Source: an uncultured delta proteobacterium (GTDB taxonomy: Bacteria > Desulfobacterota > Binatia > UBA9968). Taken from it: a stretch of 64,000 bases of DNA. This document shows, one piece after another, positions 1 through 10,530 of the stretch. Position 1 is the first letter of the stretch, and every line of letters starts with the position of its first letter. The translations under genes and the position numbers were made by a program. Below the pieces are notes generated by a model. It was not told the origin of the DNA, did not search any database, and saw only the letters and a list, made by a program, of their open reading frames with translations. The DNA is taken from positions 1 to 64,000 of the forward strand of contig CAWJBB010000079.1 of NCBI GenBank assembly GCA_963840855.1. The letters run 5' to 3'.

Positions 1-88
1 ACGCTCCGTATTTGACAAACAAGAACCTCTCTCTATATGCTCTGGCGCCATAAAGATTTATCGTCCGCGCCTCCGATCATTTCCGTTT

Positions 89-1429
89 GTGACTCAATCA
101 CCGACGCCAACTGCTGATCATCCATCGCCGCAACCGCGCCGCGCGCTCAATCTGGCCGGCCTCGTCGCATTGACATTTTTTTGCGTCGCCGGCGGCGCTT
201 ATGGTTTGGAAGACGCCATCGGCGCCGCGGGGCCAATGATCGTCCTGGTGGGAATATTGACGCTTCCCTGGCTCTGGAGCTTTCCCACGGCGCTCATGAC
301 CGCCGAGCTGGCAACAGCGATGCCGGAAGACGGCGGTTACGTCGTCTGGGTAGAGCGAGCCTTCGGCCGCTTCTGGGGATTTCAAGAAGGCTGGCTAAGC
401 TGGCTCTGTAGCTTCGCCGACAATGCGCTTTATCCCGTGATGTTCGTGGACTATCTCGTGTATCTGAACGGCGACATGTCGCCTGCCGAGCGCTGGCTCA
501 TCGGCGTCGGTGTCATCAGTTTCGTCAGTTGGCTCAACGTCCGCGGCATCCGCGTCGTCGGTTTCACTTCCGTTGTTTTTACCTTCCTGGTGCTCGCGCC
601 CTTCGTGGTCATGGTCTGGTTGGGCGCGCCCAAGGTGGAAACCATTCACTGGTTCGCGCGCGCGGCGGTCATCGATTGGCCGCTTCTTTTGAGCACGCTC
701 TTGTGGAACACATCCGGTTGGGATAACGCCGGCTGCTGCGCCGGCGAGGTGATAAGACCCAATCGCACATATCCGCGTGCCATGGCGCTCACGGTGGCGC
801 TCGTAACCGCTGTTTATTTGCTGCCGGTGGCCGTCGGCGTGAGCGCCGACACCCAGTGGGCCAATTGGCAGGAAGGACAATTTCCCAAGATCGCCGCCGC
901 CATCGGCGGCGGTTGGCTGGGCGCCTGGCTTGCCGCCGCCGGATTGATCAGCGCGGTAGGTCTATTCAACGCTTTACTTTGCACGTCATCGCGGGTCTCC
1001 TACGCCATGGCGCGCCGCGCGATGCTGCCCCGGCCTTTGGCTGATTTGCACCCACGTCATGCCACACCGGCCAAGAGCATTATCGTCAACGCCGGCGGCG
1101 TGGCGCTCTTGATTCCCTTTTCCTTCCAGGAGTTGATTCAGGTAGACATGTTTCTCTATGCCCTGGCGCTGTTGCTCGAATTCGCCGCGCTCATTTGGCT
1201 GCGCATCAAAGAACCGGGCATGGCTCGGCCCTACCGCGTTCCCTTCGGTATGCCCGGTGTCGTCGCCATCAGCATTCCGCCGGCGGCGCTTTGCATGGCG
1301 AGCATTGTGATGTCTAATGAAGTTACCAAATACGCCGCGCTGTTGGGCATCGTTATCGGCGTGGTCTATTACTGGTGGCGATGCAAAACGAGCTCGTCGC
1401 ATGAACCGGAGATCGCCCCGACGGTCTAA
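89..1429 (+). CDS. APC-family amino acid/polyamine permease
   Basis: 446 aa with many hydrophobic segments; GGAYGLED, EDGGYVVWV..AFGRFWGFQEGW and RPYRVP motifs typical of APC/PUT-like transporters. Confidence 0.9.
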   Translation: MTQSPTPTADHPSPQPRRALNLAGLVALTFFCVAGGAYGLEDAIGAAGPMIVLVGILTLPWLWSFPTALMTAELATAMPEDGGYVVWVERAFGRFWGFQEGWLSWLCSFADNALYPVMFVDYLVYLNGDMSPAERWLIGVGVISFVSWLNVRGIRVVGFTSVVFTFLVLAPFVVMVWLGAPKVETIHWFARAAVIDWPLLLSTLLWNTSGWDNAGCCAGEVIRPNRTYPRAMALTVALVTAVYLLPVAVGVSADTQWANWQEGQFPKIAAAIGGGWLGAWLAAAGLISAVGLFNALLCTSSRVSYAMARRAMLPRPLADLHPRHATPAKSIIVNAGGVALLIPFSFQELIQVDMFLYALALLLEFAALIWLRIKEPGMARPYRVPFGMPGVVAISIPPAALCMASIVMSNEVTKYAALLGIVIGVVYYWWRCKTSSSHEPEIAPTV

Positions 1430-1588
1430 CCCCGGATTCACAGGCGAAGTGGTACAACGCGCCGTCAAATTCCAATCGAAACGCAAGCGCCGCCGGCGCT
1501 TGGAGTTGGATTGACATCATGGCCTGTTACCGCATATTGTTTACGCCCAAAGCAGGAATTCATAATACTCTATGGAAGGAGACTCCTT

Positions 1589-2647
1589 GTGAGTGACGTC
1601 AATATGGTGCTGGTGGGCGATACCTTCGTGGGTCGACCCGACCCTGATTCCGCCTTCGCCACAGCCCAGCATTTGCTCAAAGACGCAGACATCGCCTTCT
1701 GCAACCTGGAAACCGTGGTGGCTGATGCCAAGTATCTGGCGCCCCACGACCACGACCACCACCCTCGAACCGATGAGTGGATGTTCGACTCCTACGTGCG
1801 GGCAGGCTTCAATGTCATGAACCTCGCCAACAATCCCAGCACATGGCACGGCCTAGATCCTTTTTTGCGTTGCCTGGATGTTCTCGATAAGGCCGGCATT
1901 GTGCGCGGGGGCGGCGGCCGCAATTTCGCCGAAGCACGCAAGCCTGCCATCATCGAGCGCAACGGGACTAAGGTCGCTTTCGTCTGCCGCGCCTCGGTGT
2001 GCGACCCGATAACGGCGGCAGCCACAGAAGACAGGGGCGGTATCGCGTACTATCCCGTCCAGACTTTCTATGAGCCCCGGCTTCGGGTTCACCATGTGCC
2101 GGGCTCTCCACCGATCATCCACACTGTTCCTGATCGCGGCGCGGACCGTGCGGCTCTGGAAGAGGATATTCGCAAAGCGCGCAAAGAAGCGGACGTAGTG
2201 ATCGTGTCCTGGCACTGGGGCGTGTCACCCACTACCGGGGGAACCGGCGATCTCACGGAATACCAGACAGAGATGGGCCATTTCGCTATCGACGCCGGCG
2301 CGGACATGGTGGCCGGCCATCACTCTCACGTTCTCCAGGCCATAGAGGTCTACAAGGGCAAGCCCATACTCTACTCGCTGGGCAATTTTGTCCACGACCT
2401 TCACTACCAGAAGCGCCCCAACCATATCCTCTTGGCCATGCTGGTGCGCTGCCATATCCACGATGGCAAACTCCAACGTCTCGCCTTTGTCCCTGGACTG
2501 TACAAGGGGAACGGTCCTCCCGACTTCTTTCAACCGTCCCAGGCTCCGGAGATTGTCAAGGACATACAGAAAATCTCCGGCCGCTTTGGCACACGCTTCG
2601 AGGCGAGCAAGGACGACGTGGTCGTGACTCTGGCAGAAGCCGGCTAA
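1589..2647 (+). CDS. CapA/PgsA-family metallophosphoesterase-like protein
   Basis: VGD, CNLE, LANN, SWHWG, GHHSH and YSLGNF motifs; GTG start at 1589 after AGGAG. Confidence 0.85.
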   Translation: MSDVNMVLVGDTFVGRPDPDSAFATAQHLLKDADIAFCNLETVVADAKYLAPHDHDHHPRTDEWMFDSYVRAGFNVMNLANNPSTWHGLDPFLRCLDVLDKAGIVRGGGGRNFAEARKPAIIERNGTKVAFVCRASVCDPITAAATEDRGGIAYYPVQTFYEPRLRVHHVPGSPPIIHTVPDRGADRAALEEDIRKARKEADVVIVSWHWGVSPTTGGTGDLTEYQTEMGHFAIDAGADMVAGHHSHVLQAIEVYKGKPILYSLGNFVHDLHYQKRPNHILLAMLVRCHIHDGKLQRLAFVPGLYKGNGPPDFFQPSQAPEIVKDIQKISGRFGTRFEASKDDVVVTLAEAG

Positions 2648-2731
2648 CAAAATCGGCGGTTCTTTGAGCTATCTTCGAGGAAGTTTTCGAGTCCACTCTT
2701 AACATCCGCCTTCAGAGGCGATATTCCCACT

Positions 2732-3478
2732 TCACGGTTCGGTATTCTGGCTTTTTCCGGGCAGCGCGGGCCACGTCGCCAGGAGCTTGCCATGGCCGAT
2801 CACCGGATGTTTCCTTCCGAGTCTGGAGAGTATGTTCCAGAGCATTGCCGGATTACTGGCCACCACCGGAACCTTCAGCTCGGCTTCCATCGCGTCCAAA
2901 CAATCCACAGGATCGAGCACGGCACCCTGAAAATATATCGCGTCTACAGGCTGCAGTTCCGCCATCGCCCGCCCGGCATAGGCCACGACATCGTCTGGCG
3001 TCATTTGCAGCGCGTCGGTGTAGTGACGCAGAACTTCTGCGGGCGACACGCCCGAGATTCCGAAGTCCGTCAGGAAATCGCGGATGCCCGCGTTCAACGC
3101 GGCGTCGAAGGGTGTCAGCAAGAGAACGCGTGTTGCGCCAAACGTTTGCAGCGCCGACGCCGACGCTCTGAGCGCCGTCGTCACGGGAATCTTCAATGCG
3201 GCGGAGAAGGCCGCAAACAAGCCGGGGTTGAGAACTTCTCGCGGCGCGCCGGGGAAAATCAAACCATCCAATCCCTGCGCCTCCGCAAAGCGCACGGCGC
3301 GCTCGACGATAAAATCCAGCTTGCCGCGCACATCGTTAAGCACACCCTCATGAAGAATCAATCGCTCGTAAACGATCTCAACCCCCGCTGGAATGAGTTT
3401 GTGAAACTTTTGAATATGCGAGCTGGAAGGCAAGCTCGGTCCCAACCAACCAACTTTTACGGCCGACTGATTTGCCAT
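2732..3478 (-). CDS. Asp/Glu racemase / maleate isomerase / arylmalonate decarboxylase family protein
   Basis: LLTPF, VDAIYF and LKVPVVASNPAMLW..L...GHGKLL pattern; catalytic Cys positions appear to be Gly. Confidence 0.8.
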   Translation of the reverse strand: MANQSAVKVGWLGPSLPSSSHIQKFHKLIPAGVEIVYERLILHEGVLNDVRGKLDFIVERAVRFAEAQGLDGLIFPGAPREVLNPGLFAAFSAALKIPVTTALRASASALQTFGATRVLLLTPFDAALNAGIRDFLTDFGISGVSPAEVLRHYTDALQMTPDDVVAYAGRAMAELQPVDAIYFQGAVLDPVDCLDAMEAELKVPVVASNPAMLWNILSRLGRKHPVIGHGKLLATWPALPGKSQNTEP

Positions 3479-3619
3479 GTCAGATTTGAACTCTTGAACT
3501 TTGCGCCGCCGTTAAGTTTTGAACGGCTTGAATGTTTTTACCCCTCCCGCCTGTTGCCTCACGCCTCATGCCTATTTGTTGCCTGTTGGCCTCCCGCCTT
3601 ACGCCTTTTCTATTGCCTA

Positions 3620-4697
3620 TCACCTTTGCGGTAACGGGTCGGGACCGGTGAGCTTTTTGAACAGATCTACGGCTTCCCGGTCGCGGGGCATGTCTCTGAT
3701 CGTTTGCTCCAGCTCCTCCGGCATTTGCGGTTCGGCCTCCAGGCCGCTGAGTTTTTTATATTCTTTGAAAAACTCGGGATCTCTATAGGTCTTGCGCATC
3801 GCTTCCTGCAGGATCTGGACCCGGTCTTTGGGCGTGCCAGGAGGCAGGATATACGGGTTTCCGCTGCCCACGAAGGTCCGGTACATCGCAACAAGTTTCC
3901 GGTCCATGGCCGACCTGGCAAAGGTCTCGATGTCGGAGAGTTCGGCAAAGCGGCGATGGCTGTGTTTCCGTCCCTTCGGGATCTCGATAATGCCATGGAA
4001 GTCCATAAGACCTTTATCGACCCATTGACGGCTTCTCGTGCAGGAGTGAGTCCGCCACGGTTGTCCTGGCGTCTATCTCACCCTGCTCGATCGCGATATC
4101 GAGTTCGGGTGAGTTGTATCCGGTGACGAATTTGGGTTGTTTCAGGCCGATCAGATACGTGAACATTCGGCCGGAGATGTAAATCAGGTGCCCCACCGAC
4201 TGCGAGCCGATTCTCACACCTGAAGCCGCGCGCAGCTTCTCCCGACTGTCGAGGCCCGCCTCCTTGCGCGTTAAAAAAACATGGTAGCCGCCGCTATAGC
4301 TGGTTCCCAGGTAGCTCACTTTATCGATGTCATAGAGAACCCCGCTCTCTCCGAGAATGGGGTGCATCACGAATGGGGTCGACATACGGCCAATGGTCAG
4401 CCCGTCCGGACGGACCGATTTATAAAGGTGGTTTGCGGCCTTCCGCCCACCGCCGCCGTCCATGTATTCCATAACAATGGTGGGATTTCCCGGAATATAT
4501 TTCTGGAGAAAAGGAACAATGGCTTTGGTCCGCATGTCCCCGACTCCGCCGGGCGCGCTGCTCTGAATGATGGTAATGGTTTTCCCTTGGAAGAAAGAAG
4601 TTTGCGGAAAAGCGACGCCGCCTATGAAGAGACCGAGCAAGTGCGCGCCGAGAAAGATTTGGAGAAACATCACCGACTTGGACGTGTCGCGTCTCAT
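3620..4697 (-). CDS. TctC/Bug-like tripartite tricarboxylate transporter receptor, +1 frameshift near 4028
   Basis: FQGKTITII..APGG.GD, IPGNP...GGGG, PDGLT and PYILPPGTP motifs; removing one base joins ORFs 4014-4703 and 3620-4006 (KPQWVDKGLMDF); paralog of 30904 and 33982. Confidence 0.85.
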
Positions 4698-4974
4698 GTG
4701 CACCTCCGTAATATGAGAACTCCCGCTTTCGTCAACTCTCTCCCCGTAATCCTCCAGGTAAACCGATATGGCTCGGTGTTATACGAAGCCCGATTAACAC
4801 CTCTGGAAAGTCGTGTCAATGAAACAATCAAATCTTGCCGTACGAAACGGGCGGCCGCGTGGCCTGAACGATTTGAACTCTGCCAAGTAATACTCGAGTT
4901 CTAAAACTGTCGCGGACAAAAAAAGCAAATGCCTTTATTTTGTTCTTATACAAGCTACACTTGAATTATTCGAA

Positions 4975-5136
4975 ACTGAGGCCATATCGTTCGTCGTAAA
5001 TTGCCAGACACAGGAAGAGGTAGATGAATATTGGAAGAGACTCTCCGACGGAGGTCAGGAAGTACAATGCGGCTGGCTCAAAGACAAATACGGTTTATCA
5101 TGGCAAGTTGTTCCTACTGTTTTAGGCGAAATGTTG
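4975..5136 (+). pseudogene. C-terminal remnant of a VOC/PhnB (3-demethylubiquinone-9 3-methyltransferase-like) gene
   Basis: My translation: [54 protein letters not shown]; upstream in-frame stop at 4888-4890 with no start codon in between; absent from the ORF track. Confidence 0.85.
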
Positions 5137-5144
5137 CCCTGCTT

Positions 5145-5159
5145 TGGCGCACCTCTTGC
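5145..5159 (+). promoter_or_regulatory. Candidate sigma-54 (-24/-12) promoter
   Basis: TGGCGC-ACCTC-TTGC with GG-N10-GC spacing, about 95 bp upstream of the methyltransferase start. Confidence 0.5.
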
Positions 5160-5253
5160 CTATTTGAGAAAATTCCCGAAGACTAGAAGTGTTTGATTCG
5201 GGTCATGGCGTTGCGCATGGCCTCATTACCGTGAATGCGGAAGGAGGAAATCA

Positions 5254-5874
5254 GTGAAAATCAAAAGCATCTTGTATCTGCTGACATTGTCGCTCTGTTT
5301 CATTGGGTATGACGCAGGTGCCCAGTCGACTGGTCAGGAACAACAACCATCCGGCAAGCAACTGCGCTCGCCCGATGTCGTTTTTGTCCCGACGCCCTAT
5401 GAAGCCGTGGACGCGATGCTCAAAGTCGCCAAGGTGGGCAAGAGCGACGTTGTGTATGATCTGGGTTCGGGCGACGGGCGCATCCCGATTATGGCGGTGC
5501 AGAAGTACAATGCCGCGCGCGCCATCGGCATCGACATCAATCCTGATCGCATCAAAGAGGCGGAGGCCAACCTCAAGGCCGCCGGCGTCGGCGACCGCGT
5601 GCGTTTCTTGAACGAAGATTTGTTCGAAGCGAACATCAGCGATGCGACGGTCGTAACCCTCTATCTGCTGCCGAGCCTCAATCTGAAATTGCTGCCGAAA
5701 TTGCTGGCTGATCTAAAGCCGGGAACCCGAATCGTCTCGCACGCCTTCGACATGGGCAGTTGGAAACCTCAGCAGACGCTGAACGCGGGTGGGAGCACCG
5801 TTTATTTCTGGACGATTCCCGCCAAGGGAACGCCCGAATATGCGGCTGCCGCCGAAGCGGCAAAGCCAAACTGA
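5254..5874 (+). CDS. Class I SAM-dependent methyltransferase with an N-terminal signal peptide
   Basis: DVVFVPTP, YDLGSGDGRI, VVTLYLL and LKPGTRIVSH motifs; AAGGAGG RBS; K-rich/hydrophobic/AGA N-terminus. Confidence 0.9.
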   Translation: MKIKSILYLLTLSLCFIGYDAGAQSTGQEQQPSGKQLRSPDVVFVPTPYEAVDAMLKVAKVGKSDVVYDLGSGDGRIPIMAVQKYNAARAIGIDINPDRIKEAEANLKAAGVGDRVRFLNEDLFEANISDATVVTLYLLPSLNLKLLPKLLADLKPGTRIVSHAFDMGSWKPQQTLNAGGSTVYFWTIPAKGTPEYAAAAEAAKPN

Positions 5875-6057
5875 AGGATTGCTCTGTTATTCTGAAAGCC
5901 GGGAAATCCTCTTCCGATCAGACCACCGTTTTCGGGCGAGGCTTCGTAATCTTTGAAGCTTGAACCGTTGAATTGAACGAGTCTCGATCCGTTAACGTCT
6001 TTGAACGCACCGGCTGGACTGGCGTGCGACTTGGTTTGCTCGTGGTTCAGAACGCCG

Positions 6058-7260
6058 CTACTTTGCGCTTCTCCTTCCCAAAAGCTCCTCGATGAGTTTG
6101 GTAGGAGGCTCCGGATCCAGGAAACCGGTAAAAGTATATTTCACGGCGTCGTCCCGTCGCGCTCCGGGGAGCACCTTATCTTTCGGGATATCGACCCTCA
6201 TCGAATTTGATGGTTCTCCGACCTTTGTGTTCATGACCTCCTGCCAGACCGTCTGCCCTCTACGGGAGAGAAACCAGTTAATAAAAACCGTGGCTGCGTG
6301 CGGGTGAGTCGCCTTGCTAACGAGGCCGATCCCGCTGTTGCCATTGAGGGTTATGTTGTTTCCGGCCTCCTTGAAGTGCCCGCGGTCCAACTCGCTCACC
6401 GGCATGCCGTCTCTGCTGGCGCGCTCCACGTCGCCGCAACCGATGCACAGAACAAACTTGCCGGTGCCCAGCCAGTCCGTGGCTTGCCGCCGGTCGCGCG
6501 AAACCGTCACGTTCATTTCGCCGAACAGGCGCTTTATAAAATCAGGCCCGAGATTGGAATTGTAATAGACCGGCGTCAAACTCGGAAAACTGGAACCGGC
6601 TCTCTCGAATATGGCAATTTTTCCCTTCCATTTCGGCGCAAGGAGATCCCAATAAGAGCTGAAGTCAGTGGGTTTTACCGACTGGGTGTTGTAGTAGATG
6701 CTCGTGCCCGCAACATTGCCCTCGTACAGGATCATATAGTTGTCGGCGTCGACGTAATGATGTTTGCCACCGAGCCATGCGGACTCACCGGTAACCTCAG
6801 GCAAAATAAGTGTGGATTTGATCGGATTGAAGACGCCGGAGCGATAAAATTCATAGAATGTGGCGCCGCTCATCGTCCCGCTGTAAACGTCGGCCAAGTA
6901 TTTCCCCGCTCGCCTCTCCGATAACATACGCACCGTGAGGTCGCCGCCCTTTCCGGTGACCGTGATCGGTTTTATGAATGGAAATTCTTTCGTAAAGGCC
7001 GCTACGATATCCGGGTGAGTGATCTCCGCATCGCCCCACAGAGACACCGCGCCTTCTTTCTTGGCGCCGGCAAGCGTTCGCTCCCACTCCGATTGCCAGC
7101 CGGGCTTCTCCGCTGCCATTGCGGCCGGCGTGGCTTGTGCCACATTGAAACTCAGCAGCAAAAGAGCGCAGCTTGCAATCTGGCGGAGCAAAAGAAGTTT
7201 CGTTCTGGACGACCGTGATCGGTCAGCTCGTATAGCCATCAAATGCCGGAACTGGTTCAT
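6058..7260 (-). CDS. ABC extracellular solute-binding protein (Fe3+/thiamine/polyamine-like cluster)
   Basis: AKKEG, YNTQ.V, DLLAPKWKGKI and HPHAATVFINWFLS..GQ motifs; signal peptide. Confidence 0.85.
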   Translation of the reverse strand: MNQFRHLMAIRADRSRSSRTKLLLLRQIASCALLLLSFNVAQATPAAMAAEKPGWQSEWERTLAGAKKEGAVSLWGDAEITHPDIVAAFTKEFPFIKPITVTGKGGDLTVRMLSERRAGKYLADVYSGTMSGATFYEFYRSGVFNPIKSTLILPEVTGESAWLGGKHHYVDADNYMILYEGNVAGTSIYYNTQSVKPTDFSSYWDLLAPKWKGKIAIFERAGSSFPSLTPVYYNSNLGPDFIKRLFGEMNVTVSRDRRQATDWLGTGKFVLCIGCGDVERASRDGMPVSELDRGHFKEAGNNITLNGNSGIGLVSKATHPHAATVFINWFLSRRGQTVWQEVMNTKVGEPSNSMRVDIPKDKVLPGARRDDAVKYTFTGFLDPEPPTKLIEELLGRRSAK

Positions 7261-7489
7261 GAGCGACTCCCTTCCTTCTGCCAGAACTAATCCCATGTTT
7301 TCAATCTTTTGCCAAGACACATGATTGATCGGAAATCATTTTTCCTTGACGACCTACTGCCCCAGGTGCCGGCGTACTCGGAATCGTTGGCCTGATCGCC
7401 GAGACCGCGACTTGAACGGACTTCGTCTTTTGAGATACCGCTGAAGCAAGATCTCGCACGGGTCCGCCTCTATCGCTCACAGACAAGAG

Positions 7490-7873
7490 TCAATCGGGGA
7501 TGCAAGCGGTTACGGTGATCTCCACCAGAAGATCGGGCGAGTTTAACATCACTTCCACGGTGGTCCTGGCTGGCTTGTTGGTCGGGAAGAACTTGGCGTA
7601 CTCCTCGTTATAGGCCGCCAGGTCCTCTCGTTGGGTGAGATGTGTTGTCACGGTCAGGACGTTATCGAGGGATGTGCCGGCGGCTTCCAAGATCGTGTTG
7701 ACGCGCTGCAGGGCATAATTGGTCTGCTCGCAAACGCCTTTACCGACTTCCCCCGAAACCGGGTGTCTCCCCGTCTGGCCGGCCACGAAGACCAGATTGC
7801 CGAACCGGGTGGCCGGGGACAGATTGGGATTGGCCGCAGCGAGATTCACCTGAATCACTTCTTTCTTAGGCAT
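7490..7873 (-). CDS. RidA/YjgF/UK114 family protein
   Basis: LVFVAGQ, LEAAGTSLDNV, YNEEY..FF...PARTTV and LVEI motifs. Confidence 0.9.
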   Translation of the reverse strand: MPKKEVIQVNLAAANPNLSPATRFGNLVFVAGQTGRHPVSGEVGKGVCEQTNYALQRVNTILEAAGTSLDNVLTVTTHLTQREDLAAYNEEYAKFFPTNKPARTTVEVMLNSPDLLVEITVTACIPD

Positions 7874-8068
7874 CTCCGTCTCTTGTCGGACCGAACGCTC
7901 CGCGATTCGTTGAGTCCGTCTAACTTTTTCTCCTAAATTGAAACGGCCAAACGTCGGAGGGCAAGCCACCTCGATCGTCTTATTCACTCACGCAAACCTG
8001 GCCGTTCCGCTGCCCGTTAGAGCGTGCGTTTCAACGCAAGGAGAAACAACCGAAGACACGTGAAAGCA

Positions 8069-10027
8069 TTAAGTAGATTCCGATCTCCTGGGATTCGAGT
8101 TGGCCAAGTTGTCGGAGCGAGTTCCGGTCGGAGCTCTGGGATAGCCCAACGTCTTCAAATCCGCCGTGATTTCATCGAGGATCATCGGATCGTCGATAGT
8201 TGGTGGACTTCGGTATTCGACTCCGTCGGCGATCTTCTTGATTGTGCCGCGCAGAATCTTCCCCGAGCGCGTCTTGGGCAGCCGCTTGACTATCGTCGCG
8301 ATTCTGAACGAAGCCACCGGGCCGATTCTCTCGCGCACCATCTGGATCAGCTCCGTTACGATCTCATCATGAGAACGCCGCACGCCGGCCTTGAGGACGA
8401 TAAAGCCTAGCGGCATCTCTCCCTTGATTTCGTCCGCCACTCCCACCACGGCGCATTCGGCCACATCGTTATGAGACGCTAGCACCTCTTCCATGGCGCC
8501 GGTGGAAAGACGATGCCCGGCCACGTTGATGATGTCATCGATGCGGGTCATGACCCAAAGGAAGCCATCTTCATCCTTGTAGCCTGCATCCGCGGTCAGG
8601 TAGTAGCCGGGAAAAGCGCTGAGGTATGACTTCTGGTAACCTTCGTCGTTGTTCCACAACGTCGGTAGACAACCGGGCGGCAAAGGACGCTTGATCACGA
8701 GACTGCCGATCTGACCTGGAGGCAGCTCTTTCCCATCGTCGCCAAGCACGCGGACATCATAGCCGGGCACAGGCTTTGTGCACGATCCCGGCTTCACGGA
8801 AAGCATCCCCAACCCAACGCAGTTTGCGCCGATCGGCCAACCTGTTTCGGTTTGCCACCAGTGATCAATCACCGGCACACCGAGATGCTTTTCTGCCCAT
8901 CGCAGCGTGTCGGGATCGCACCGCTCTCCTGCGAGGAAGAGAGTGCGAAAGCCGCTCAAATCGTACTTGCGAATGTGATTGCCGTTCGGGTCTTCGCGCT
9001 TAATGGCTCGAAACGCCGTCGGCGCAGTAAACAAGACCTTCACGCCATGCTGCGAGATCAGCCGCCAAAACGCACCCGGATCAGGAGTGCCGACCGGCTT
9101 CCCCTCATAGAGTACTGTCGTGTTCCCATTGAACAGCGGCGCATAGACGATGTACGAGTGCCCGACTACCCATCCCACATCTGAGGCTGCCCAATAAACC
9201 TCTCCCGGCTCAACTCCGTAGATGTGTTTCATGCTCCATTTGAGAGCCACCACGTGCCCGCCATTATCGCGCACAATCCCTTTGGGAATGCCCGTCGTGC
9301 CCGAGGTGTAGAGGATGTACAGCGGATCAGTTGCGGCTACCGGCACGCACTCGGTTTCTTTCGCGCTCGCCATGAGCTCCAACCAATCGAGATCGCGTCC
9401 CGCGATCATGGATGCTTTAGCCTGGGGACGCTGGAAAACGATGCACCGCTCGGGCTTCACGGAAGCGAGTTCAATGGCCTTGTCGAGCAACGGCTTGTAG
9501 AGGACTACGCGGTCCACTTCAATGCCGCAGGAACCCAAAACGATCAGCTTCGGCTGGGCATCGTTAATGCGGCTCGCGAGCTCGTGAGCGGCAAAGCCTC
9601 CAAAGACCACTGAGTGAATCGCTCCGATCCGCGCGCAGGCCAGCATCGTAACGACCGCCTCCGGCACCATCGGCATGTAGATGATGATCCGATCGCCTTT
9701 TTGAACCCCCTGGCCCACGAGCACTCCTGCAAAGCGCGCCACGTCGTCCAGCAGCTCGCGATAAGTGAACGTCTTGATCGTTTCTGTGACGGGGCTGTCG
9801 TAAATAAGCGCTGGCTGGTTCGCCCGACCGCTTTCTACGTGCCGATCAAGGGCGTTATAGCAACTATTCACCATCGCTCCGCTGAACCAGCGGTAAAAGG
9901 GAGGTCTTGAAGCATCAAGCACGCTGTCCCATTTTTTAAACCAATGAACCGCTTCAGCCGCGTCCTCCCAGAAGGCTTGCGGATCGTCTTGCCATCGCGC
10001 GTAGACCGCGTCATATGTGCTCTTCAT
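8069..10027 (-). CDS. prpE: Propionyl-CoA synthetase (propionate--CoA ligase)
   Basis: YILYTSGTTGIPKG, DHWWQTETG, NVAGHRLSTG and LPKTRSGKILR motifs; AGERCDPDT typical of the PrpE-like subfamily. Confidence 0.85.
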   Translation of the reverse strand: MKSTYDAVYARWQDDPQAFWEDAAEAVHWFKKWDSVLDASRPPFYRWFSGAMVNSCYNALDRHVESGRANQPALIYDSPVTETIKTFTYRELLDDVARFAGVLVGQGVQKGDRIIIYMPMVPEAVVTMLACARIGAIHSVVFGGFAAHELASRINDAQPKLIVLGSCGIEVDRVVLYKPLLDKAIELASVKPERCIVFQRPQAKASMIAGRDLDWLELMASAKETECVPVAATDPLYILYTSGTTGIPKGIVRDNGGHVVALKWSMKHIYGVEPGEVYWAASDVGWVVGHSYIVYAPLFNGNTTVLYEGKPVGTPDPGAFWRLISQHGVKVLFTAPTAFRAIKREDPNGNHIRKYDLSGFRTLFLAGERCDPDTLRWAEKHLGVPVIDHWWQTETGWPIGANCVGLGMLSVKPGSCTKPVPGYDVRVLGDDGKELPPGQIGSLVIKRPLPPGCLPTLWNNDEGYQKSYLSAFPGYYLTADAGYKDEDGFLWVMTRIDDIINVAGHRLSTGAMEEVLASHNDVAECAVVGVADEIKGEMPLGFIVLKAGVRRSHDEIVTELIQMVRERIGPVASFRIATIVKRLPKTRSGKILRGTIKKIADGVEYRSPPTIDDPMILDEITADLKTLGYPRAPTGTRSDNLANSNPRRSEST

Positions 10028-10227
10028 CGCGTACCTCTCCTGGTTTCGGTTACCCGCCAACACGGGACCCACAAACGTGCCGGAGATTGTCGCCGCTTTG
10101 CGCCTGTCGATGATCGGCCTGTAGCCTATTTCGTCCGCCGACGACCGTCAAGTCGATGCAACGAACGCCAGGGCGGCTGAGCGGGAGGTGCTGGTCCGAC
10201 CCGGAGGGGGCCACAGTAGGGTCGCGC

Positions 10228-10262
10228 TTGACTGTCGCGGCGGATTAGCTGACATTAGCTAA
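10228..10262 (+). promoter_or_regulatory. Toxin-antitoxin promoter with putative operator
   Basis: TTGACT-N17-GACATT overlapped by TTAGCT-gaca-TTAGCTAA (direct repeat plus palindrome), just upstream of the antitoxin. Confidence 0.5.
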
Positions 10263-10287
10263 CTGCTGTCCAGTACAGGTCCGACAA

Positions 10288-10530
10288 ATGAAACAGGTCA
10301 ATATTCATGAAGCGAAGACCGAGCTGTCGAAGCTTGTCGACCGCGCCGAGGCCGGCGAGGAGATCGTCATCGCGCGAGCGGGCAAGCCTGCCGCGAAGCT
10401 CGTTCCGTTGACTAAATCTCGGCGCCATCGGCGGCTGGGACTGCTAGATGGCAAGTTCCGGATTCCGGACGACTTCAACGCAGCATTGCCGGATTCGGTT
10501 GTTCGCGCTTTCGAGGGCCGGAGTCGGTGA
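10288..10530 (+). CDS. Phd/YefM-family antitoxin
   Basis: VNIHEAKTELSKLV..AEAGEEIVIARAGKP.AKLVP...G...IPDDF pattern. Confidence 0.92.
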   Translation: MKQVNIHEAKTELSKLVDRAEAGEEIVIARAGKPAAKLVPLTKSRRHRRLGLLDGKFRIPDDFNAALPDSVVRAFEGRSR

